A stretch of 64,000 nucleotides of DNA from Promethearchaeota archaeon (GTDB lineage: Archaea > Asgardarchaeota > Lokiarchaeia > Sigyniarchaeales > SOKP01). Within the stretch, counting starts at the first letter, position 1, and each line of letters opens with the position of its first letter. The DNA is taken from positions 128,001 to 192,000 of the forward strand of contig JAUVNS010000001.1 of the NCBI GenBank assembly GCA_030599585.1. The letters run 5' to 3'. Below are positions 20,006-28,448 of this stretch, piece after piece. The notes beneath the pieces were generated by a model. That model was given only the letters and a program-made list of their open reading frames with translations, ran no database searches and was not told the DNA's origin. Both the position numbers and the translations under genes were made by a program.

Positions 20006-20581
20006 TCATCGATAATTTTCTTTAGATTTATAAATCAATTCAGCCATTTTCTGGAAGACTGCTTTTACATTTTCTCCAGTAAGAGCTGATGTCTCAAAAT
20101 AGGGTGCATTTAATTTCTCACCTAAATGTTCACCCATAGGTAAAATAATTTTCCTTTCTTCTTTTAGATGTGACTTATTTCCGATTAATATTCTAGGTAT
20201 TCCACTTAATCCATACTTGACAGCTGCGCTATACCAGTTGTTAATATTACTAAATGTACTTGAGCGCGTGATATCAAATACTAGAAGCATGCCATCGGCC
20301 CCATTGAAATATGGACGGTGGAGCATGTAGAATTGAGGTTGTCCCGCGATATTCCAAAACACTAATGTAACTGTGGCATTGTAATCGTTCAGTTCGATTG
20401 TTTCTTTTAAAATTTCAACACCAACCGTTGGCAGATAATTTGCTTCAAATTTATCTGTAGCAAATCTAGAAAGAAGGTCCACTTTTCCGACAGCAGGATC
20501 TCCTATAACAATAACTTTATAAATTGCTTCAAGTCTCCCTTTAAAAGCTATTTTTCCTTCTTTTCGTTCTAAATCGCTCAT
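20006..20581 (-). CDS. Rab/Ras-like small GTPase with degenerate G1/G3/G4 motifs
   Basis: GDPAVGKVD, YLPTVG, WNIAGQ, GNKSH, ETSA; ATG at 20581 preferred. Confidence 0.9.
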   Translation of the reverse strand: MSDLERKEGKIAFKGRLEAIYKVIVIGDPAVGKVDLLSRFATDKFEANYLPTVGVEILKETIELNDYNATVTLVFWNIAGQPQFYMLHRPYFNGADGMLLVFDITRSSTFSNINNWYSAAVKYGLSGIPRILIGNKSHLKEERKIILPMGEHLGEKLNAPYFETSALTGENVKAVFQKMAELIYKSKENYR

Positions 20582-20652
20582 GTGTTTTATGATGTTTTCG
20601 AATTTGGAATAATGAAATATTTTTGAATGAATTAACAAAAAAAATAAAGAAT

Positions 20653-21279
20653 TTAAAATTTCCTTGATTTTCCTTTCATATCGAAATTCGCTACAACTCC
20701 ACTTCTATTCTTGAACTCCCAATTTCTATCAAAATCATTATAGTTCCAGAAATGAGTGTTGCATATTTTTAAATCTGAAATATACAAACCGAATATAGAA
20801 TTTTCAAGTCTTTGAGGATTTTTTCCATCGAGTCCTGGAGTATAGGATAATTTCATTTCTCCGTAAGGCATAGTAATGTGGAAAGTATTTCCCTCTTGAT
20901 TAAAATTAATATCCACATATTTTATTCCTAAAACTTTCGATAGAATCATCCCATCCTGAATTTTATTAGTAAAAAAAGGTTCTAAATATTTCCTTTGTTC
21001 TTCAGTAGTTTTATCGCTTATATACACCCCTCCTTCTCCGCCTTTACTCATTACATCAGCAGCTTTATTAGAATATAAATCAATTACATGAATTGCCATT
21101 ACACCGCCGATATCAACATCACCTATTTTTCCTTCGTCATATTGGAATAATTGAAATGATTTACAAGGAGTTTCTCTGTCTCTTCCAAAATAAAACGAGC
21201 AATGCCCTTCTGCTGCGCATGCCTCATACCATCTACCTTTTGCACTCCAACTAATTCTTTCTTTTACTTCTTTAGACAT
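20653..21279 (-). CDS. DUF1326-like protein
   Basis: W..KG.WYEAC....HC.C-like N-term, YISD..T.EQR..L. Confidence 0.7.
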   Translation of the reverse strand: MSKEVKERISWSAKGRWYEACAAEGHCSFYFGRDRETPCKSFQLFQYDEGKIGDVDIGGVMAIHVIDLYSNKAADVMSKGGEGGVYISDKTTEEQRKYLEPFFTNKIQDGMILSKVLGIKYVDINFNQEGNTFHITMPYGEMKLSYTPGLDGKNPQRLENSIFGLYISDLKICNTHFWNYNDFDRNWEFKNRSGVVANFDMKGKSRKF

Positions 21280-21536
21280 TATTTCACACCTCTATCTTTA
21301 CAAATTTATAATAATTATAATTTTTATTTAACGGTAAATAAAGCTTTTCATGAGAAAAGAACTTAAAATCATATTTAATATTTTTGACTCCTTTGTCTAA
21401 ATATGTGTTTTAAAATTTATGGATAGAAACGGGAATATAAATAAAATTTAATTTATTTGACAAAAAAGTAAATACTTATATTTGATGAAATAGAAAATAA
21501 GTAGTATCCAATTTTAATTAAGGATGTCGAATAAAA

Positions 21537-22241
21537 ATGAATAAATCTAAATTAACAAACAATATTTTTCTGTTCATTATATTTTCACTATTCTTTTCAA
21601 ATATCGTCGCAATTGGCTATTCTAACGAAGTAGGAATAACAGATGGTATGTATATTAAACATTTTCTTACTCAACATTCACATCTGGATGGGTGGCCAAC
21701 AACACTCACTTTTTCTAAGACTTCAGATGATCTCTTTCATGTTACCTGGAGATGGGAATCTCCTAGCGATATGGGTAGTGGTCATTGGGATGTAACTATC
21801 AGCACTAATATTGTATCAAATATGGATAATTTTGGTCCTCCTGATGATTCTCATAATGGGTGTTGGATTTACATTAATGCTTCCCTTAATGATCAAATTA
21901 TAATGTATAATCACCCTAAGGAATCATATACTGGAGATGGAGACACTGTATATAATATTACTGGTGAATACAGTATTACTGGTGGCACGATGGATGTTTC
22001 TATGGAGGTTTGGGAATTAGAAGATGCTTTTGGGAGTGTGCTTTGGTATGAAAAAAGTAAAGGATTTCTTGTAAATGGCACAAATCGCTATAATGCATAT
22101 TGGGAGAAATATGAATTTATTGAGACTAATGCCTTCAGTAGTCCAGAAGGGGGGATTCCAGGATATAATTACTTTTTTCTATTTGGTTTGTTATTAGTAA
22201 GTGCAATAGTTATATTAAAAAATAAATCAATTAGGGAATAA
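21537..22241 (+). CDS. Secreted/surface protein with Loki-CTERM-like sorting signal
   Basis: Signal peptide; C-term IPGYN + TM + basic tail. Confidence 0.8.
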   Translation: MNKSKLTNNIFLFIIFSLFFSNIVAIGYSNEVGITDGMYIKHFLTQHSHLDGWPTTLTFSKTSDDLFHVTWRWESPSDMGSGHWDVTISTNIVSNMDNFGPPDDSHNGCWIYINASLNDQIIMYNHPKESYTGDGDTVYNITGEYSITGGTMDVSMEVWELEDAFGSVLWYEKSKGFLVNGTNRYNAYWEKYEFIETNAFSSPEGGIPGYNYFFLFGLLLVSAIVILKNKSIRE

Positions 22242-22321
22242 AATTATAATATAAACCTCAAAATAGCAATTCGCATGTCAAAAGTAGAAGAAAGACCACG
22301 CTATAAATAGTTTTTTTGTTT

Positions 22322-22527
22322 TTAATTTTTTATCACTTCTTTGATTTTTGTCGATGATTTAACGCTTGATTTCGTTTTTTTCACTTTAATTTCAACAAAA
22401 GCAGTGACAGGGATTAAAATTCCAATTGGAATTATTAATGTCATTATGATTACGAATGTATTAGCTGAATTGAGATCGGTATCACCTTGATTATTTGTCT
22501 ATATGTATGTTTATAATTCTTTCTCAT
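22322..22527 (-). pseudogene. Collapsed remnant of a membrane-anchored protein gene
   Basis: ATG-initiated MRKNYKHTY joined out of frame to QGDTDLNSANTFVIIMTLIIPIGILIPVTAFVEIKVKKTKSS...* (TM + basic tail). Confidence 0.45.
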
Positions 22528-22635
22528 TTGAAAGGGGTGAATATTACAAATAGAAAAAAAAGATGAAAAGAAAGATAATAACCCTTTATTTGTTTAATCC
22601 CTAAATTTTAAGTAGTAGGCGGTTAAAGAAGAAAG

Positions 22636-23976
22636 TTAATTTATTTGATAGAAATGTTCTTCAAATTCAGGCTTGCCCTGATACTTCTGCATGAAGATCA
22701 ACGGGGCCTTTTCGATGTTCTTAAAAATATACGAGGGTGCTCTGATTCCTGCTTGCCTTAGAGCGTCTTGTATTTGATTAACTTCAGGTGGGCATCCTTC
22801 AATTGCGATCGCTTCTTTAATATTTGGATGGTCCTTGCGCTTATTGATGATGCATTGTCCAAGCAATATTGTTTTATTCTTCCCCTCAGAAGGTTCCATG
22901 ATTTTTCCAGTAAGTACTTCTACATTGTCAAAATCTTTACCCTTCCACGCTGATTTAATTGCTATAAGTAAAACTGCATTATAAAAACTACAATAAGTAC
23001 ATATAGTTTCATCATATTTTGGATAACTTAGCCCTCCAATACCCGCTTTTGCGTAAGTAAGAGGTAACGTATTATTATTTTTGTAGATATAATCCCATCC
23101 ATGAAGCACTGCAAGATCTTCTATGCTTTCTCCTTTGACATCAATATCTGATAAATCTAATGGACGATTTCTGTCCTTAGCTGCTTGTACTAAATGTGGA
23201 ACAGCAGTAGGAGATATGCCTAATAAACTAGAACCCACCATATCCGCGGAGAGCATGTTTTTGGAAGCAACTATTATATCGCTTCTATGAGCTTTACCGT
23301 CAAAAGATGGACCTCGTTCAAGTGTATAAATCCCATCAATGATTGTAAGACCAAGCGGTGCTTTATCTGCAAGGTGTGACACATTATAATGTAAGGTGTA
23401 TTTGGGATCGTCCCCATGGAACTTTTTACGCGAGGGAATATTTATCAAGCCTTTCAGATTTTTTAACCCTAAACTAACAACGCATTGCGCGTGAGTTTTA
23501 AGAACAGGAACATCAATTAAAAAATCTGAATGAAGCATATCTGCATTCATTTTTGCGGATACCCCTTCTGCTAACTCTACTTTTTCAAATGGTCGTTGAA
23601 AAATATCGTATACTTTTACACCATATCGTTTCTTAAGAATATTGTATCCAAGCTTTTCGAATGCATCTTTAGATGTTTCTCTATCTTTTGGGCTTTCAGT
23701 GACTATTCCTTCTCCGATAGTAATGTCAGTTACACCATGCTCTTTTAACAATATTAAAATTTCCTCCATTACGCTCGAAGTTGTAAGCATACCCCATTTA
23801 GGAAAGTCACAATGCCTATTCCAATAAACCAAATTAGGTTTTATGAAAACCTTTGCGTTAGGATCAAGTTTTTCAAATCCATTTACAAGTTTGACAGCTT
23901 TACGAACAGAATCTTTTTCCTTTTCATATTTTACTATAGATACACTCGATTTACTCATATATAAACATCTTTTCAT
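22636..23976 (-). CDS. DUF362 domain Fe-S protein
   Basis: IKPN, IGEG, LKTH...VSLGLKNLKG, IIDG, CTYC, GQC, GCPP; probable start at MSKSS. Confidence 0.88.
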   Translation of the reverse strand: MKRCLYMSKSSVSIVKYEKEKDSVRKAVKLVNGFEKLDPNAKVFIKPNLVYWNRHCDFPKWGMLTTSSVMEEILILLKEHGVTDITIGEGIVTESPKDRETSKDAFEKLGYNILKKRYGVKVYDIFQRPFEKVELAEGVSAKMNADMLHSDFLIDVPVLKTHAQCVVSLGLKNLKGLINIPSRKKFHGDDPKYTLHYNVSHLADKAPLGLTIIDGIYTLERGPSFDGKAHRSDIIVASKNMLSADMVGSSLLGISPTAVPHLVQAAKDRNRPLDLSDIDVKGESIEDLAVLHGWDYIYKNNNTLPLTYAKAGIGGLSYPKYDETICTYCSFYNAVLLIAIKSAWKGKDFDNVEVLTGKIMEPSEGKNKTILLGQCIINKRKDHPNIKEAIAIEGCPPEVNQIQDALRQAGIRAPSYIFKNIEKAPLIFMQKYQGKPEFEEHFYQIN

Positions 23977-24042
23977 TAATTAAAAATTATTAGGAAAATG
24001 AATATTAACTATTTTAAAAATTAAATTGTTTTAGAAATAATT

Positions 24043-24588
24043 TTATTCTTTTGCTTTGTTTTCCCAGTCTTCTCTTAGGATTGCCATTATTATTTCGTCG
24101 TGATACTTACCGTTGTGATACCACGCTTGCCTTTTCCTACCTTCTTCAACAAATTCTACTTTTCGGTATGTTTTAAAAGCGCGAGTATTAAATTCGTAGA
24201 CACTCAATTCGATCCTATTCATATTTAATGTGTTAAAACCATATTCTACCAACATTTCCATCGCTTCTGTTCCAAATCCTTTGTTATGATATACTTTCTC
24301 TCCAATAGTAATACCGCACGAACACGCTCTATTTTTGTTGTTTATATCTTGAATCGCGCAATTTCCAATTATTTTATCCTGATCTTCTTCATCAATTATC
24401 TGAATAGAAAAATATACAGAATCTTCTCTAGTTTTAAGATTACTGAACCATTCTTCTTCCCAGTCTCTCGTCATTGGTTTATATATCGTTAAATATTGCG
24501 TAATTTCTGGATCGTTAAACCACTTTAGAAAATGATCTATGTGTTTCCTTTCAAGGGGAGCTAACTTAATTCTCTTTCCTTTTAACAT
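24043..24588 (-). CDS. GNAT N-acetyltransferase, RimJ/RimL family
   Basis: W.NDPE, GITIG...HNKGFGTEA, V.EFN.RA, EG..R. Confidence 0.9.
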   Translation of the reverse strand: MLKGKRIKLAPLERKHIDHFLKWFNDPEITQYLTIYKPMTRDWEEEWFSNLKTREDSVYFSIQIIDEEDQDKIIGNCAIQDINNKNRACSCGITIGEKVYHNKGFGTEAMEMLVEYGFNTLNMNRIELSVYEFNTRAFKTYRKVEFVEEGRKRQAWYHNGKYHDEIIMAILREDWENKAKE

Positions 24589-24659
24589 AAAAACTAGGAT
24601 TACAGCAAAAATTAAAAAATTAACGATTTAAGAATGATTTACTGAAGAAAAAGATAAAA

Positions 24660-27524
24660 TTAGAAATAAATATCTGATCTTCTTGCCATGTATTTGACGA
24701 ATTCAAAGGAAACTATACAGATCAACGAAATCAAAAAGCACACTAACCAATCTAATCCCGTAAGGAACATAAATCTAAAGTTTAAGCCCCAATCAGCTAG
24801 TGTTACTTGGACTCCTGGAATATATATGAGAGCTATAAGTAGTGCAAATAAAAAACCAATTAGAGCATACATGAAACGCGTACTGTCTTCTTTTATGCTT
24901 AGAATTAACGATTTGTTTGGTCTACGAATTTGTAAAACTAAAAATGATTCGCAGAAGAAAATCGTCACCATTAACATTGTAAGGGTTTTAGCTTCATTTA
25001 GAGAAATTCCACTTCCATCTGGGAATGTGAGGGGAGAAAACAAATAAGCTTCGTTTAAATCTCCGAAATCGATAACAGAAACTTCAGGACCTAAAAGTGT
25101 CATGAAGTAGACAACGATCATGCTAGTCGCTAATAACGCTCCAAATATAAACATAAGAATAACAGTATTTTTCGATAAGATTTCTTCCTCGTCGTGTGGT
25201 TTCTGCTTCATTAAATCTTTAGAATTACGATCGAAAGTAAGAATTAAGCCCGGAAATATGTGAACCGTTATTGAGAGGAAAATCCATTGGTAATAGAATG
25301 CGTCGTCTAAAAAGTAGGGGAAATCTAAAATAACAGATAAAATAAATTGAAAAATGCCTTCAAAAACATTTATACAGATATAGAAAAATACCACTGCTCT
25401 GATGCGAGCAAAAATACCACGTCCTTGTTCGATGCCCGTAACAATTGATGTAAAAGAATCGTCGCTTATTACCATATCACTAGCTTCTTTCGCAACATCA
25501 GTTCCTTGAATACCCATAGCTATTCCTGCATCTGCTAAATTTAAAGCTAGGGCATCGTTAACTCCATCACCGGTCATTGCTACAACCTGATTAGCTTCCT
25601 GGTACCTTTCGATTATGTCTTGTTTATGCTCTGGAGATACTCGAGCAAACACTTTAATTCTGCTAAAATCAAAAAAGGATTTAATTTTCTTTATGTTTTT
25701 ACCTTCTAATACAATTTCTTCTTTGTTTTTAATAATAGATATTTGTCGGGCGATAGCCTGTGCCGTGGTGGGAGAATCTCCAGTGATCATTACTACCTCC
25801 ACCCCTGCGTTGTGACATTGCTCAACGCTTTCTTTTACGCCTTCCCGGGGAGGATCTAGGATCGTTACAAACCCAATGTATATCATATCTGACTCGCACA
25901 ACTTTCTACTTTTCTCGTCTTCTGGTGGAAGAGCATCTAGTTTCTTATAGCATAAACTTAAAATTCTATATCCTTGTTCTGCGTAGAAATCAGAAATCTT
26001 TAAAACCTTGTCTTTTATTTCGTCTGTAAATTCTAACTCTTGGTCTTTGTATAAGACTTTTTGACAAAGTGGAATCAAAATTTCGCTTGCTCCTTTAGTA
26101 AATGAAAAGAATTTACCCTTTTTTTTATAAACTTTAGTCATTCTTTTAACTTTTGAATCAAAAGGATGCTCTTTAATGTACTCAAAATCTTCTAAGAGAT
26201 AATCTCCCATTCCTTTTTGAAAAAGAACCATCAAAGCTCCCTCAGTTGGAGAACCAATTACTTTCCAGTTATTAATTATTTTACCAGATATTTCAATCTC
26301 ATTTTTTACCAAAGCTGAGTTATTGTTCAAAAATCCTGAAGTTAAAAGTAGCTTGAGTTGAGGATGATCATCAATGTGTTTCACAAAAACAGAATTTTTC
26401 GGATCGTCGACTAGTATAATGTCCCCATCAGGACTATAACCGCTACCAGAGACGTTATATGTAGAACCATTTGTCCAGACATGTTGAATTGACATTTGAT
26501 TTCTTGTTAATGTGCCAGTTTTGTCCGAACAGACTACGCTTACTCGACCTAAACTATCTACTGAGGCGAGATTTCTGATGATAACCCCATGGCGTGCCAT
26601 AGCTACAACGCCCGTTAATAAAATAATTGTTACAAGGAGAGGTATGTTGATAGGAAGGAGATCCATGGCAGAATTAAGACTCTTGACTATATCTAACTCA
26701 CCTGTAGCGCCCCAAAGAATCATGAGAATAATAAACCAAAATCCGATAACGATTAACCCTAACCACTTTCCAAAATTATTCATTTTTTCTCGAATTGGAA
26801 TCTCACTTGTTCCTGCGTCTTCTAAACCTTGAGAAATTTTTCCTATTTCGGTATCCCTTCCAGTTTTTGCTGCTATTGCTGTTGAATTACCAGTAGCGAT
26901 AAAAGTTCCGTAAAACACCATATTGAATCGTTCAGCGATGGCCACATCTTCGTTTTTTATTACGGTACCATCATGAACTTTTCTGACAGGTTCAGATTCT
27001 CCCGTTAAACTGGATTCGTTAACTTCTAAGTTTGAGGATTGAATTATTCTTCCATCAGCAGGTATTCGATCACCTTGCTTCAAGACTAATAAATCGCCCA
27101 CAACTACATTTTTGGTGTTAATATCCTCCTTTTGACCATTTCTTATTACAGTGGTTGTGGGTGCCGTCATTTCTCGTAGTGCGCTTAATTTTTTTGTTGC
27201 TCTATATTGCTGTATGATTGCAACTATACAATTGAGCGCTACTATGCCTAGAGTTAGCATGACGAATATTAAATTTCCTTCACCCATTGTGATTGCTGCT
27301 AAAAACAGAATCAACGAGGCGAAAAGATAAATAACTATTAACCAATTAAATAAAGGAGCGAGATAAATTTTGATAAATCCTTTAGAAGCTTTCGGAATCT
27401 CGTTAAATCCGTAAAGTTCAAGCCGTTTTTGCGCTTCTTCACTTGTTAATCCATCAGTTGAGTTAGTTTGAAATTTTTTGTAGATTTGATCTAACTCCAT
27501 ATTGTAGTAGATTTCTTCCACCAT
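24660..27524 (-). CDS. P-type ATPase, P2-like scaffold with atypical ion-binding motifs (M4 PINIP, M6 His)
   Basis: LTGES, DKTGTLT, KGASE, DPPR, TGD, GDGVNDA; about 10 TM. Confidence 0.95.
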   Translation of the reverse strand: MVEEIYYNMELDQIYKKFQTNSTDGLTSEEAQKRLELYGFNEIPKASKGFIKIYLAPLFNWLIVIYLFASLILFLAAITMGEGNLIFVMLTLGIVALNCIVAIIQQYRATKKLSALREMTAPTTTVIRNGQKEDINTKNVVVGDLLVLKQGDRIPADGRIIQSSNLEVNESSLTGESEPVRKVHDGTVIKNEDVAIAERFNMVFYGTFIATGNSTAIAAKTGRDTEIGKISQGLEDAGTSEIPIREKMNNFGKWLGLIVIGFWFIILMILWGATGELDIVKSLNSAMDLLPINIPLLVTIILLTGVVAMARHGVIIRNLASVDSLGRVSVVCSDKTGTLTRNQMSIQHVWTNGSTYNVSGSGYSPDGDIILVDDPKNSVFVKHIDDHPQLKLLLTSGFLNNNSALVKNEIEISGKIINNWKVIGSPTEGALMVLFQKGMGDYLLEDFEYIKEHPFDSKVKRMTKVYKKKGKFFSFTKGASEILIPLCQKVLYKDQELEFTDEIKDKVLKISDFYAEQGYRILSLCYKKLDALPPEDEKSRKLCESDMIYIGFVTILDPPREGVKESVEQCHNAGVEVVMITGDSPTTAQAIARQISIIKNKEEIVLEGKNIKKIKSFFDFSRIKVFARVSPEHKQDIIERYQEANQVVAMTGDGVNDALALNLADAGIAMGIQGTDVAKEASDMVISDDSFTSIVTGIEQGRGIFARIRAVVFFYICINVFEGIFQFILSVILDFPYFLDDAFYYQWIFLSITVHIFPGLILTFDRNSKDLMKQKPHDEEEILSKNTVILMFIFGALLATSMIVVYFMTLLGPEVSVIDFGDLNEAYLFSPLTFPDGSGISLNEAKTLTMLMVTIFFCESFLVLQIRRPNKSLILSIKEDSTRFMYALIGFLFALLIALIYIPGVQVTLADWGLNFRFMFLTGLDWLVCFLISLICIVSFEFVKYMARRSDIYF

Positions 27525-27854
27525 TAGCCATTCTCCCGGGACTTATATCTTAATTTTGATTTTATGATAAAAAATAATTTATAATAAATACACAATAGAA
27601 ATTCTTGTTTTTATTCTATAGTATTTTTGTTAATAAAAATAGTTATTAAAGATACTTTAAAAAAATAATAGAAAAGATTCAAAAATACGAATTAGGATGG
27701 AAAATAAGATCGAATTATTTGATTGGACTTTCTTTTTTGTCTTTCTTTTTCAGACCATAAAATAATTTATCAAGATGTATTTTTATTTTATAGTATTTTT
27801 ATTTATTAAAATGAGCTAGTAACAATAAAATTAGTATTCAAGCTAATAATGGTA

Positions 27855-28394
27855 TTATTTCCATTTTTCATTTAAATCCTTTCTAGTTAAATTCCCTACT
27901 TGTTCTACAGCATAACGAACAAAATTACAGCATTTTTTTTCCCACACATTATTTTTCACATACTCTCTTATATTTAGACTTGTATTAACACCACAGATTT
28001 CTTCACAACTTAACGAACCAAATTGATTTTCAAATTTAGTAGCAAATCTTACTGCTTTTGCATAGATTTTTGGAACTTCGCTAGACTTAGCTTTTTCTTG
28101 ACCTCCCATAATGATACCCATCGCAGCTATACCTCCACCTACTGCACCACACGCGCCTTTCCAATTATTCTTACTAGTATAAGAAGCAAGACCACTAAAA
28201 GGAATCGCGAGATTATTGAAATAGTAACTTTTTAAAACATCACTTTCAAGCACATCTAATATACTCGTAAAGGTTAATGCTGCACAACTATTTCCTGGAT
28301 CTTTCCCTAAAGGGACGAGAGTCTCCTTTAACTCCTCTACTTTTTCTTTAAATTTAGTGCGATAATCTGTTTGTTTAATATTTGTCTCGTTCAT
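27855..28394 (-). CDS. C-GCAxxG-C-C family putative redox protein
   Basis: SCA, CGAVGGG, GSLSC, C-terminal C. Confidence 0.8.
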   Translation of the reverse strand: MNETNIKQTDYRTKFKEKVEELKETLVPLGKDPGNSCAALTFTSILDVLESDVLKSYYFNNLAIPFSGLASYTSKNNWKGACGAVGGGIAAMGIIMGGQEKAKSSEVPKIYAKAVRFATKFENQFGSLSCEEICGVNTSLNIREYVKNNVWEKKCCNFVRYAVEQVGNLTRKDLNEKWK

Positions 28395-28448
28395 AATTAA
28401 GAAATTTATGAGTTTTAATTTATAAAGTTTACCCCTAATTTAAATAAA

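Larger units (their letters stand above)
19785..22635. mobile_element. Island B (~2.9 kb) bounded by duplicated DUF362 3' end; no integrase
   Basis: Direct repeats 19655-19784 and 22636-22765; cargo is a structured element, Rab-like gene, DUF1326-like gene, CTERM surface protein and a gene remnant. Confidence 0.65.

Noticed and set aside
19655-22765. Diversity-generating retroelement TR/VR pair (duplicated gene 3' end)
   Set aside because: The six differences are not adenine-specific in either copy (C/T, G/T, A/C, G/A) and no reverse transcriptase is present
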